NCBI RefSeq assembly: GCF_001194135.2
Contig: NC_069000.1
Coordinates: forward strand, 32,400,876-32,460,855
Length of the DNA: 59,980 nucleotides
Direction of reading: 5' to 3'
DNA from: Octopus bimaculoides
Taxonomy: Eukaryota
The notes beneath the pieces are model-generated. The model was given only the letters and a program-made list of their open reading frames with translations. It ran no database searches and had not been told where the DNA came from. The position numbers were made by a program, and so were the translations under genes. This document shows, piece after piece, positions 25,312 through 38,187 of this stretch; the stretch's first letter is position 1, and each line of letters begins with the position of its first letter.

Positions 25312-25909
25312 GGATCTATTTTAAAACGGGGGCCACATTTTTCATTAATGTTCTACGTAGTGTTTTTGGTACGGAAAGACTTTCAAACTTCGTATACTTA
25401 TCTATTTTGTGTTATAGAACAGAAAAATATTTTTGTATTCGAATTTATTTCATGTAAAAAATTGTCTTATTTCGATAATTTCAACCAATCACTGACAAGT
25501 ATTCAGTTGTTTATATTTACTCCTTTGGCTGATTAAGCGATGTAAAGCGTATTTAATCTCCATACCTTCGTTTTATTTGCTTTTTTCATTTTAAATTTGC
25601 TTTAACCCTAACCCTAACCCTAACCCTAACTCTACGGTTAGGGTTAGGGTTAGGGTTAGGGTTAGGGTTAATTGTTTCAGAATCGTTTGTTTATGTAGTC
25701 GGCACTTAATGTATATCGGCTGAATGGACGTCAGTGATTGGTTGAAATTACAGAAATACGACAACTTTAAAATGGAAAAACTTATGGATTTCTTTTTTTT
25801 TTAAGAACACTAAGAGAAAAAGATGTTTTATATGACACATTCTACCAGTGTTCCAAGTTTCAAAGTGTTTCGTTAATGAAAAATGTGGCCCCCGTTTTAA
25901 AAAAGATCC
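25312..25909. mobile_element. Palindromic non-autonomous DNA transposon with 8-bp TSD (GGAATTTT) and central inverted telomeric repeats
   Basis: The TIR GGATCTATTTTAAAACGGGGGCCACATTTTTCATTAA pairs with TTAATGAAAAATGTGGCCCCCGTTTTAAAAAAGATCC. Internal mirrored blocks include TTCAACCAATCACTGAC / GTCAGTGATTGGTTGAA. GGAATTTT is directly repeated at 25304-25311 and 25910-25917. Confidence 0.92.
25603..25670. repeat. Interstitial telomeric repeat, (TAACCC)4-TAAC-TCTAC-GGTTA-(GGGTTA)5
   Basis: Read directly. Confidence 0.98.
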
Positions 25910-26099
25910 GGAATTTTAACTCAGAAGAATGAGTAGGACGAAATGCCGTAATACACTTTTGAGGAGGTGATGAAGTCCATTACATAGACACAAGCACTGG
26001 TGTCGTCGACAGTCTTTGAACACAGAACGTAAAGCCGGACGAAATACCACTGATACTTTGTCTGGCCTGCTAAAGGTTCAGCCAATCCAGAAAGTTACT

Positions 26100-26385
26100 G
26101 AAATTGTCTGAAAATTTTAGAACAGAAACAAGAATGACAAGACAAATTACTGGAAATAGAAAAAATTAAATATTCAATTTTTGCAACAGCTCGAACATGT
26201 TGGAAATAAAGAAGGCTGGCTGTGACTGAGAACTGAAAGTCTGAAACGAGAAGACTGCATCACTAAGTATTATCTCTCAGAAACAAGCCATTAGAACGAA
26301 TTTGATGAAAGAAAATATTGACAAGACACAGGCAGAGAGCAAACGCAAAATCTCAAGAGAAAGAGACGAAAGCAACGTGCAAAGA
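26100..26385 (+). mobile_element. Internal fragment of an R4/Dong-like RLE LINE
   Basis: QFLQQLEHVGNKEGWL*LRTESLKRE / QKQAIRTNLMKENIDKTQAESKRKISRERDES matches, from memory, the region just before the CCHC knuckle of R4-clade ORFs. It is frameshifted. Confidence 0.7.
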
Positions 26386-27849
26386 GGCGTTTGTGAAAGG
26401 CAATTCCGTTAAAATGTGGCGCTAAACTACGTAGTCGATTAACCTGCAAGAACTGTCAACCTAATCTTCTTGAAATAGCATCGAATAGTCATCAAAAATG
26501 GTTCACGGAACAGGATAAGCTAAAACTGAATATAATACTTTTGGAAAGAAGCGTGTATGATCATAGAGAGAAGGTTTCTCAAACGATGTTTTCGACACAC
26601 GAAAATGTTCCTCAAAGCGTACTCCCCAAAGTTAGATACAGACAGTAGCTATTAATCTATAGAAATCGGGATTTATGAAGCGATGTCTCTCAGTCAGAAT
26701 AAGACAAATGTTCCAACTCAGAACCTTTAGTTCCATACCTGCTAAGGTGAAATCTGCATTTCATCTTTTCGATTTCGATAACATATAGTTATATAAGAAG
26801 GTTCGACTGGACACATTGCGACATTTGTTCTGATTCATTGCGCACTTGGGTGGTGGATTTAACTCATCGATGGCCTTAACGCGACAAACTGGTACGTCCG
26901 ATGCCTTTAGCAATATTCACTTTGTTACACGAATTCTGGCTTGGATTCTAGTTTGAAGATAATTTTTCTGTTCCTCCCGTTTGTCTGAGAGACCTTGTAA
27001 TTTGTCAAGGCTACTGCATTCCATCCTGACTATATATGATAGAATATACTCATAAAGATATGCTTATGCACATGTCATTAAACAACATTTACACATTATT
27101 AAGAAAACTATATGTTTACGACAAATATAATGCAGTTACTGCAACAACGCCTTTTAAACAAGTTGTAAAGATGTTATCTCCCTTCCAAACATTATAAGAT
27201 CTCGTACGTAGAAGTACATATAACAGGTAAGAATTAATATATAAGATATATATTTAAACGGAATTAAATTTTGTGAATACAGCCCAGAAAGTTTTAAAAC
27301 TTGTCAAATATGCAACACAATGTGATTTAGAAAGACCTTTGCTGATCGAGAAGATGTTGTCATCATGGACGAGTCATTTATCAATAGCTCAGGAGACATT
27401 CTTTCAGCCAGTTCACAAAACAGCCAACATACTAAATTATATACAAATTATTCAAGACTGACGATTTCACGACAATGATCTGATACCAGGTATAAAATAT
27501 TGCATTTAGCATTTACCAATATCATTAGCGGCATTTGTAAACAAACAAAGTCACTAATATACTAAAAACGTACGAAAACCAAAATTGTGAAACACATTCA
27601 CTCTTCTCTCTCCTCCCTCTCTCTTTATCTCTCTCTCATATACACACAGGCGCGCGCAAATATTATGTTCCTCCACCACAGGTTACGTTCACCGATTTCA
27701 AAACTTTAAAAATCAGAAACACACGACCGTCGGTGTAGACTTATATCAATCAATACTATACAGGATTTCCAAATAGCTAAGATAAAAAAATGAGGTAACA
27801 TATTATCACGTGTAAATTTCCAATACAGCCTAAGCAATTTACTCCAACA

Positions 27850-29400
27850 CCCACGCACCATGTATAAAAAACAACTTGTACAACCCTTCTATAGACGTCA
27901 CACTCCAATTCTCATTTCTACCCAACGCAAACACTTGGCTAACAATTCAACAATTTTCTTTGGACCACTTACCAATTATTACAACAAACTCGCACATCAA
28001 TGAAGAACGTAAAAACACAAATTTCAGGAAAAAATATCACAATAGAAGGAAATCCAGTAGAAAACAGAATCGAGGTTCGACAACAACAGAATTGCCATCA
28101 AAGAAACTGTAGTACATAAAAATAATTATAGACGCATAAAAAAAAGTTATCTCACAAGGCAACATAAAAATACTACCTTAATTACGCACCAGAAATAGTC
28201 AACTTCATAAAAAAATCAGAGACAACTTCAGACGCAATCCACCAAAGCCAAACTCAATCGAAATAAATCTCAACATCAAATAACTAAGCAAGGAAATAAC
28301 TAAAACAAAAAAAAAAAAGAAAAGAAAATATAGTAAATATACTACTGAAAATAGAAAACTGGTAAACATGTGTATCCTACAAAGACCGTAAAAGTATCAG
28401 TAAAATATATAGAGAATAATTATCGTCATCAACATCAATAACAACAACAACGGCTGCGCCACACTGTGTGTCACAACATCAAACAATACGCCCACATTTC
28501 ATCATCAAACAAACGCTCTTATCAGTGTTTTATTTTGTTTTAAAATATCTACCTCCTAATGCCACACAGAAAAGACAGGAACACAGATCGGAAATTACGT
28601 ACACAGCGATTTTGAACCCTATTCTCCATCAAATAATCCGAAAGAAAACGAAAATTTGAAGTCAATAAAGCGTCAAGGCCATACTAACACTTAGATATAC
28701 AACTAAAACAACTATACCCCACCAGAAGCATGCAGCAACCAAAATCTACAACCATTTGTACAAATACCATGATATTCTTAGAATCTGGAAGTTAATATAA
28801 TCCTCAATATCTTAGATGACTTAATATCATTTGAACCTATAGGCCTTCTATACACGCACTATAAAAAGATCTCTCAATTTCTTAATCTTTTACATAACTA
28901 GCCTATTTAATTAGGTGAGTTAGAAATGAAGTGTCTATGAACTGATTAATGTCAAGTGTACCACATATCACTGAAAGTAAGAAACAATTCATTAGATGAA
29001 GTCGGCACTCAGTGCATCCCAAACAAACTACAGTAGAATGCTAACGAACCAAGACACTTAACATAGTACATTAAACTCTGATCAAATGCAAACAGCATAA
29101 AAAACAAAACGGAAATAAGAAAATACAAGGCTTGTCGCAGCGCGACTCAACCCTAACAGTTCCTACATCTACATGAAAATCATCTGCAAAGCTATGATTT
29201 CACTAATGAGCTAAAGGAAGTATAAAGTACATAGAAAAAGCAATCTCCGTAGGCTTACTGGGTCAATCATTGTACAAATACTCCTCTAACAGCATGTCTA
29301 GAGGAGCAACAACAGTCATGCTCTGACCGAATTAATCTTGTCCACCTCGGCTGTACCCTCCACAAGCATCTATGCAGGTACAGAAACAGACGGGACAGTA
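27850..29400 (+). mobile_element. Highly degraded APE-type LINE relic
   Basis: NPSIDVTLQFSFLPNANTWLTIQQFSLDHLPIITT resembles the C-terminal ID.T..W..SDH.PI motif of apurinic-type endonucleases. It is followed by an A/C-rich sense strand typical of LINE ORF2. The boundaries are uncertain. Confidence 0.45.
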
Positions 29401-29642
29401 GTGAGGAGCTAGTATTTTCATGTGGCCATTCTTTATCTTTTTCGGTTCGTCAGTGCATGACTGTGTGACAGTGTCCTTATTGAAATGGAGATTTTGCACA
29501 ACAACGAGGACTGATATGCGATTCGGGTCTCATTGCTTCGATGAAGAGCTGCGTGTGATACGACTTACTATTCCAACAAAGCTGCATAGGAAAGGCTGCC
29601 TACGCTGTTTATATGTGTAATAACTCTAACAAAAGAATTGAT

Positions 29643-29900
29643 AAAGACCCCCTTCGGTCATGAATGACCACGGGTTTGTACCAAGAAAGTTTCCCTCCAA
29701 GGCACAAGTCCGGGCAAGGTTGTTTATGGAAGACTAGCAGTCGCCAATGCATACCAGCTTCCCCTCTCCTAGTCAAGGGAAAAGTAACGGTCGATACAGC
29801 TTGGTGACCGGTTTTGCCGGTACAGCTCAATAACACAAACACACATCCCGTTCCGAGAATCGAACTCAGTACCCAATGATTGTGAACCCGACGCTCTATA
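29643..29900 (-). mobile_element. tRNA-derived SINE, family 3 (internally deleted)
   Basis: The minus-strand head TAGAGCGTCGGGTTCACAATCATTGGGTACTGAGTTCGATTCTCGG is tRNA-like with a B-box. The GC-rich body is unrelated to families 1 and 2. Confidence 0.7.
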
Positions 29901-30683
29901 CAACAACTATTTACCTACAGTATAACTATATATACCAACAACGCTATAAAAAGTCCATATAAAACCCATTGAATTGCATATCGTCGAGAAGTTTCGAGAG
30001 ATAACAAACAAATATCTTTAAAAATTACACTTACCAGTCGTTAAAAAGAAAATACGCTAGAAAAAAACATTAGACGTGTACAATAATCACTGGAATGATT
30101 TAGGTTAAGCATTTGTGCAGACAAATATTATATTGGAAGCTACAGAAGAGCAGCATATGCAGCAACAAGATAACAAAAACAGAGAACAAAAAAGACGACG
30201 ACGGCGACAAAGATAACAATTCAACTTTAGATAAATATTGTTTTCATTTACGTTGAAATATCAATATGCTTTTGGAATGCTCATACTCTAATCTTTAAAA
30301 TGTTTGTTTCATCAAGCGTAATTGTTTAATTAACATGCTGATAGCGATCGAAAATATTTGTATGTAAATATTTTGATACAAGGAAGAACTGCTTGAAGCG
30401 CTATTGAGTTGCAGCGTAAGAATATGGCTTCACATGTGAGTATATACATATGCATGCATGTATGTATGTATGTATGTATGTATGTATGTATGTATGCATG
30501 TATGTATGGATGGATGGATGGATGGATGGATGTAAGTGTGGATGGATGGATGGATGTACATATATACATATATATATGGGCCGACATGTGTATGTGTGTG
30601 TGTATCTGTGTATGGGTGTGTATGAGTGTGTGCGTGTATGTATATATATATGTATGTATGTACGTTTATGTGTGTGTGTATAT

Positions 30684-30731
<48 letters not shown>

Positions 30732-31093
30732 TGATGTATATATACATATATCATTGTATGAATACATATGCATGTACTTATGTACTTGTGCAGAAATATG
30801 AATGTATAAGTTTTCCACTAAGTCCTCTATTGTTATCTAAGCGGGTATATGTGTAACTGTCTGAGTATTCCTGTAAAATATCCATTTATATTTCTGTACA
30901 GCTGCTTTCCAACCAACATCGATTTGTCTCTTGTAACAGAGGCTTGCAATACAGCCAGTTTAAAACTAACAAACTATGCTGCAGACAATATAAAATTATA
31001 AAATACAGCAAATACTTCTGTGGGTTTGACTACCTAATTAGTATGTGCGTGTGTGTTTGTTTGTCTTGCTAGGTTTATGTTTATGTATGTAGA

Positions 31094-31144
<51 letters not shown>

Positions 31145-32225
31145 ATATATATATATATATATATATANNNNNNNNNNNNNNNNNNNNNNNNNNNNNNNNN
31201 NNNNNNNNNNNNNNNNNNNNNNNNNNNNNNNNNNNNNNNNNNNNNNNNNNNNNNNNNNNNNNNNNNNNNNNNNNNNNNNNNNNNNNNNNNNNNNNNNNNN
31301 NNNNNNNNNNNNNNNNNNNNNNNNNNNNNNNNNNNNNNNNNNNNNNNNNNNNNNNNNNNNNNNNNNNNNNNNNNNNNNNNNNNNNNNNNNNNNNNNNNNN
31401 NNNNNNNNNNNNNNNNNNNNNNNNNNNNNNNNNNNNNNNNNNNNNNNNNNNNNNNNNNNNNNNNNNNNNNNNNNNNNNNNNNNNNNNNNNNNNNNNNNNN
31501 NNNNNNNNNNNNNNNNNNNNNNNNNNNNNNNNNNNNNNNNNNNNNNNNNNNNNNNNNNNNNNNNNNNNNNNNNNNNNNNNNNNNNNNNNNNNNNNNNNNN
31601 NNNNNNNNNNNNNNNNNNNNNNNNNNNNNNNNNNNNNNNNNNNNNNNNNNNNNNNNNNNNNNNNNNNNNNNNNNNNNNNNNNNNNNNNNNNNNNNNNNNN
31701 NNNNNNNNNNNNNNNNNNNNNNNNNNNNNNNNNNNNNNNNNNNNNNNNNNNNNNNNNNNNNNNNNNNNNNNNNNNNNNNNNNNNNNNNNNNNNNNNNNNN
31801 NNNNNNNNNNNNNNNNNNNNNNNNNNNNNNNNNNNNNNNNNNNNNNNNNNNNNNNNNNNNNNNNNNNNNNNNNNNNNNNNNNNNNNNNNNNNNNNNNNNN
31901 NNNNNNNNNNNNNNNNNNNNNNNNNNNNNNNNNNNNNNNNNNNNNNNNNNNNNNNNNNNNNNNNNNNNNNNNNNNNNNNNNNNNNNNNNNNNNNNNNNNN
32001 NNNNNNNNNNNNNNNNNNNNNNNNNNNNNNNNNNNNNNNNNNNNNNNNNNNNNNNNNNNNNNNNNNNNNNNNNNNNNNNNNNNNNNNNNNNNNNNNNNNN
32101 NNNNNNNNNNNNNNNNNNNNNNNNNNNNNNNNNNNCTGTCAAGAACGGCTGGTGCGCGCGCGCATATGTCGGTGCATTTATGTGCATGTGTGTGCTTGAG
32201 TGAGGGCATGCACACATATACATTT

Positions 32226-32300
32226 GAAGAAGAAGAAGAAGAAGAAGAAGAAGAAGAAGAAGAAGAAGAAGAAGAAGAAGAAGAAGAAGAAGAAGAAGAA
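32226..32300. repeat. (GAA)n microsatellite
   Basis: About 25 perfect units. Confidence 0.97.
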
Positions 32301-33000
32301 ATTGTTGGTGAAATTAAGCGAACAACTTTAATATATGTAGGTTTAGAATAACCATCATTTTATATCCTTCTTATTTGCTAAGGTTGAACGAGAGGATTAC
32401 TGAAGAAGATATAAGTAACCGAAAAGCAAAATTAGAATCTTTTTGAAAAAGATGTCGAAGAAATAATAAACAATGTAAGACTGAAATAGCGAGGCAATAA
32501 TTGGTTGAATAAGCAATTACTGATCAGAACAGTTTGAGTAGGACTATAATCTATTCTGACCAAGAAAAGTGTTTGGTGGGGGATGGGGGAAGTTATGATA
32601 TCAATATGGTGGTTGTGTAAGTGGTAGGAGAGTTATTTTCTGGTGAAAGGTCAGGGTTGGTGGGAATATCATGAATGCAACAATGAACAGAGAGGGGGGG
32701 GGGAGAAAGAGAGAGAGAGAGAGAGAGAGAGTGAAAGTACTAGATAGAGAGAGAGAGAGAACTAATGCGTGGAGATAAGGGCGGTAAAGAGTTATATATA
32801 AAGTGTGAGTGAACTATTAGAATAATCTTCAGAGGAATCTTTACACACAGACACACAGATACGGACACACGCAACAAACGCATACACACACACGCACACG
32901 CACGCACAGATGCGCTCGCACATACACACACACACACACACGCACACACTCACACATATACGTATATATATATATATATATATATACCCATATATAAACT

Positions 33001-33390
33001 TTTACCTTTTACTTGACTGCGGTCATGCTGGGGCATAGCCTTGAATTTTTATTCGAATGACCCGACTCCAATACATTTTGTCAAGCCTGGTACTCATTCT
33101 ATCGATTCTTTTGCCGAACCGCTATTGTTACGGGGACGTAAACACACCGACACAGGCTGTCAAGCGGTGGTGGGGAACAAATACAGTCTCAAAGGTACAT
33201 ACACACACACATACACACACACACAAATATACATACGACGGATTTTTGAGTTTCCGCAAAACAAATCCACTCCCAAGGCTTTGATCGGTCCGAGGCAATG
33301 ATACGAGGCACTTGCCCAGCATGCCATGCAGTGGGACTGAAACAGAAACCATGTGGTTGGGAAGAAAGCTTCTTGCAACACAGCCATGCT
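33001..33390 (-). mobile_element. SINE family 1, near full length
   Basis: Reverse complement aligns with the 1348 copy, including the internal CA microsatellite. Confidence 0.9.
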
Positions 33391-33494
33391 TACCCCTATG
33401 TATATCCATGTAAACATATACATAGACATATATCCATATAAACATACTTATATATTCATACACACACACACACGAGCACATGCATACTACATAC

Positions 33495-33540
<46 letters not shown>

Positions 33541-34142
33541 ATATTATTAGGGACAAAATCCAAAATTACAGGTAAAAAACTCAATTAAAATCAATTTATA
33601 AAAAATTAAATTGAGCNNNNNNNNNNNNNNNNNNNNNNNNNNNNNNNNNNNNNNNNNNNNNNNNNNNNNNNNNNNNNNNNNNNNNNNNNNNNNNNNNNNN
33701 NNNNNNNNNNNNNNNNNNNNNNNNNNNNNNNNNNNNNNNNNNNNNNNNNNNNNNNNNNNNNNNNNNNNNNNNNNNNNNNNNNNNNNNNNNNNNNNNNNNN
33801 NNNNNNNNNNNNNNNNNNNNNNNNNNNNNNNNNNNNNNNNNNNNNNNNNNNNNNNNNNNNNNNNNNNNNNNNNNNNNNNNNNNNNNNNNNNNNNNNNNNN
33901 NNNNNNNNNNNNNNNNNNNNNNNNNNNNNNNNNNNNNNNNNNNNNNNNNNNNNNNNNNNNNNNNNNNNNNNNNNNNNNNNNNNNNNNNNNNNNNNNNNNN
34001 NNNNNNNNNNNNNNNNNNNNNNNNNNNNNNNNNNNNNNNNNNNNNNNNNNNNNNNNNNNNNNNNNNNNNNNNNNNNNNNNNNNNNNNNNNNNNNNNNNNN
34101 NNNNNNNNNNNNNNNNNATATATATATATATATATATATATA

Positions 34143-34913
34143 CACGTCGTAGTAACACGTTGTGCGTTTTTGTTTTACAGTACTTCTCCTTTGTCGATTT
34201 TTGCGATGGCTGAAACTAAGGAACAGCGTACTTCCGTGAAATTCTGTTTTCTGCTGGGCAAAACGTTGCCCGAAACAATTGTCATGCTTGAAACGGCTTT
34301 AAAAGGACGCTGCTATGAGCAAAACACAAGTTTACGAGTGGTTTCTATGCTTTCGGAATTGTCACTTGTCGCTTGACGACCAACCTCATTCAGGACGACC
34401 GTCCACATCCCGAACGACTGAAAACATCATGAAAATTCATGAACTGGTCCTGGAGGAACGTTACCGAACAACTGACGAAATCGTTGATATGATTGCTGTG
34501 TCCTGGAGCTCCTGCCAACGAATTTTGTGCGAGGATTTGCGAATGTAAAGCGTTGCAGCAAAATGTGTGCATCGCTTGATCACGGAAGGTCAAAAGTCAC
34601 GACTGAATGCGTGTCGTCAACTGAAAGAACAGCTGGAAGTTGATTCGGACCTTTTTTTAAGGTCATCACTGGTGACGAAAGCTGATGCTATAGAATTTAC
34701 AGATGTGGAAGAAGTGAAGTAAAAAATCGACGGGGGCGTTAAAAGCGTCACTTCACAAGAGTTCCAGCACTACTTCGAATAGTGGAAAATGCACCTGGAC
34801 CGATGCATTGCTTCAAATGGAGAATATTTTGAAGCTGATATAAGAATAAACATATTAAACATGGCGAATAAAATAATATTGCAAAATTCCAGTTTCGTTT
34901 GGGTAGGCCAACG
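34143..34913 (+). mobile_element. Mariner (Tc1/mariner) relic with internal deletion
   Basis: From the ATG at 34206: MAETKEQRTSVKFCFLLGK.., MSKTQVYEWF..DDQPHSGRPSTS..(HTH), KVITGDES* (first catalytic D). It then jumps to DVEEVK..EFQHYFE*WKMHLDRCIASNGEYFEAD. The 3' end lies at TA 34914-34915. Confidence 0.92.
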
Positions 34914-35101
34914 TATACTTGGTCTTCACTTCAACTTTTTTTAATTCTAATTTTTGCGTCCTTTGTCTGAAATATTTCGTCACACATTCTGTGAACTCTT
35001 CACTGACTCTCCATATCACGTGTCTCCTCCGACGAAAGTTATCAGACAAAGAACACTAAAATAGAAATAATAATACAACTGAAGTGGAGACCAAGTATAT
35101 A
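34914..35101. mobile_element. 188-bp hairpin element (MITE-like), TA-flanked
   Basis: Arms 34914-34981 and 35031-35101 are imperfect reverse complements: TATACTTGGTCTTCACTTCA / TGAAGTGGAGACCAAGTATA and TTTGTCTGA..TTTCGTC / GACGAAA..TCAGACAAA. Confidence 0.8.
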
Positions 35102-35790
35102 CTGCGTTTGGTTTATAGGCAAAAAATATGACCATCCCCAAATATAACAATATCTGTTTTAACACATGATTTCACATCAGGAATCTTGAAAAACCTATGT
35201 GCAGATAACTGCATATACATAGAATTAACTATTAGCAATTGCAAGACCAGTATTTTTACTATGAATCAATGATAATAAAATACAAGCTGATATAATAGTA
35301 ACAACTAAATCTGGTATAAAAACTGATGCCTTCTCTGCTACATCCATATTATATCAAATATCACCAAATGATAGTCAACTAAATATGAAAGACATTAGAG
35401 TAGATGTAATTGTGGATACAGCTATCAAATGTCCTCTTAAGGGGGAAATTATAGTATAGCTCTGTAATGTCAATACTCATAATGCAATTAAACAATGTAT
35501 GGGCTCTACTTCCAACCTATTCAAATATTCCTAGCACAAGCATATCTCTAATCTAAAATTTAAGTATTCGATACCACTACTGAAATACTTATAGAATATT
35601 AAATCCATAATTAAATCGAATGCACATACATAAGACAAGTTTGTCCAATGTATGTGCAGTTATATATAAATTCATTTATGTATTTGTTTTGCAAGATTCT
35701 TAATGTGAAATCATGTGTTAAAACAGATATTGTTATATTTGAGGATGGTCATATGTTTTGCCGCTTAGCCACACGCAGTATATACTTGGT
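35090..35790. mobile_element. ~700-bp MITE-like element with >100-bp terminal inverted repeats
   Basis: ATATGACCATCCCCAAATATAACAATATCTGTTTTAACACATGATTTCACAT on the left pairs with ATGTGAAATCATGTGTTAAAACAGATATTGTTATATTTGAGGATGGTCATAT on the right. The termini are TATA-CTGCG / CGCAG-TATA. The interior is AT-rich and non-coding. Confidence 0.9.
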
Positions 35791-36959
35791 TTGATAAACA
35801 AATTGAGATTAATTAAATTGAGATTTATTAAACAAAAACAATAAGCTTCTAGTTTATTGCAGCAGTAAAATAATAAAAATGATTAAATATTATTTCATTA
35901 CAAATCCTGAAAATTGTTTAGTATTACAAATATCCACACATGTAGAAGAATTATCATCCTCAAAAATTCAACAGTATATATTTGAGAAAAATAGCTCTTG
36001 ACCTGAATCTATCTATGTATANNNNNNNNNNNNNNNNNNNNNNNNNNNNNNNNNNNNNNNNNNNNNNNNNNNNNNNNNNNNNNNNNNNNNNNNNNNNNNN
36101 NNNNNNNNNNNNNNNNNNNNNNNNNNNNNNNNNNNNNNNNNNNNNNNNNNNNNNNNNNNNNNNNNNNNNNNNNNNNNNNNNNNNNNNNNNNNNNNNNNNN
36201 NNNNNNNNNNNNNNNNNNNNNNNNNNNNNNNNNNNNNNNNNNNNNNNNNNNNNNNNNNNNNNNNNNNNNNNNNNNNNNNNNNNNNNNNNNNNNNNNNNNN
36301 NNNNNNNNNNNNNNNNNNNNNNNNNNNNNNNNNNNNNNNNNNNNNNNNNNNNNNNNNNNNNNNNNNNNNNNNNNNNNNNNNNNNNNNNNNNNNNNNNNNN
36401 NNNNNNNNNNNNNNNNNNNNNNNNNNNNNNNNNNNNNNNNNNNNNNNNNNNNNNNNNNNNNNNNNNNNNNNNNNNNNNNNNNNNNNNNNNNNNNNNNNNN
36501 NNNNNNNNNNNNNNNNNNNNNNNNNNNNNNNNNNNNNNNNNNNNNNNNNNNNNNNNNNNNNNNNNNNNNNNNNNNNNNNTATATATATATATATATATGT
36601 ATGTATATATACTATTATATGCGTGAGGGCCACGCATCCATTTCCAAGCAAGTTTATCTTAATAATTTTGATGCGACCCTGCCCTGTACTGTTCTCTCTC
36701 TCCCCCTTTCGTTTTTTCTCTCTCATCGTTTCTCTAATTCTTTTTTCTTCCCTTCACCGTTTTCTATCTCTCTCTCCCTCTTTCTCCATTACTCATTCTC
36801 TCTCATTGCGCACACGTGACCATTGTCCATCTTTCTTTTCCTCAAGTGATCATATTTCTTTTCTTTCAATCTGTCTTACAGACCAGATGCATCTTTCTCT
36901 GTCTCCTATTCTATCTTTTCTCTTGTGAAAGACTATTCCTCCAGTGTTCGCTGCCTTGC

Positions 36960-37272
36960 CTCGTCTGGCCTAGCGGACCTCCATGTTTGTTTTCGCTTGG
37001 TTTATTGTATGTCTCCAAAGTCCTTTTTTGACCCTCCGCAAATCCCTAATTTTAGTTTGGTTCGCGAGAATAACTGTCTTTCGAAGCCTCATATGGTCCT
37101 TAATTGCTCGAAATCGGTAGATGGACAGCCGACAACTGATGAACTGTCGTTCTTTACGTTACTTCTCTTGTTTTCCATTTGTTTTCTTCTTGTTCGGATA
37201 CCTGTTTGCCTTCGTATTTCATGTTGTTTTCGTATTTCCTGGTGTGTATGTTTTGTGACGTCCTTCACCCAT
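36960..37272 (-). mobile_element. Unclassified dispersed repeat (copy 1)
   Basis: The reverse complement shares collinear blocks with 55911-56215: GGACGTCAC, TTCATCAGTTGTC.GCTGTC, ATTTCGAGCA, ATATGAG.CTTCGAA, GGAGGGTCAAA, AAAACAAACATG. Confidence 0.75.
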
Positions 37273-38155
37273 ATAGGCATATATATACACACACACATAT
37301 ATATATATATATATANNNNNNNNNNNNNNNNNNNNNNNNNNNNNNNNNNNNNNNNNNNNNNNNNNNNNNNNNNNNNNNNNNNNNNNNNNNNNNNNNNNNN
37401 NNNNNNNNNNNNNNNNNNNNNNNNNNNNNNNNNNNNNNNNNNNNNNNNNNNNNNNNNNNNNNNNNNNNNNNNNNNNNNNNNNNNNNNNNNNNNNNNNNNN
37501 NNNNNNNNNNNNNNNNNNNNNNNNNNNNNNNNNNNNNNNNNNNNNNNNNNNNNNNNNNNNNNNNNNNNNNNNNNNNNNNNNNNNNNNNNNNNNNNNNNNN
37601 NNNNNNNNNNNNNNNNNNNNNNNNNNNNNNNNNNNNNNNNNNNNNNNNNNNNNNNNNNNNNNNNNNNNNNNNNNNNNNNNNNNNNNNNNNNNNNNNNNNN
37701 NNNNNNNNNNNNNNNNNNNNNNNNNNNNNNNNNNNNNNNNNNNNNNNNNNNNNNNNNNNNNNNNNNNNNNNNNNNNNNNNNNNNNNNNNNNNNNNNNNNN
37801 NNNNNNNNNNNNNNNNNNNNNNNNNNNNNNNNNNNNNNNNNNNNNNNNNNNNNNNNNNNNNNNNNNNNNNNNNNNNNNNNNNNNNNNNNNNNNNNNNNNN
37901 NNNNNNNNNNNNNNNNNNNNNNNNNNNNNNNNNNNNNNNNNNNNNNNNNNNNNNNNNNNNNNNNNNNNNNNNNNNNNNNNNNNNNNNNNNNNNNNNNNNN
38001 NNNNNNNNNNNNNNNNNNNNNNNNNNNNNNNNNNNNNNNNNNNNNNNNNNNNNNNNNNNNNNNNNNNNNNNNNNNNNNNNNNNNNNNNNNNNNNNNNNNN
38101 NNNNNNNNNNNNNNNNNNNNNNNNNNNNNNNNNNNNNNNNNNNNNNNNNTATATA

Positions 38156-38187
<32 letters not shown>

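Noticed and set aside
25603-25670. Interpretation as a chromosome end-to-end fusion scar or true telomere
   Set aside because: The orientation is CCCTAA then TTAGGG (a fusion gives the reverse), the array is short, and it sits at the axis of a TSD-flanked element.
27273-27490. Short open frames on both strands around 27.3-27.5 kb
   Set aside because: Stops precede the available donor, splice signals are weak and no homology was recognised.
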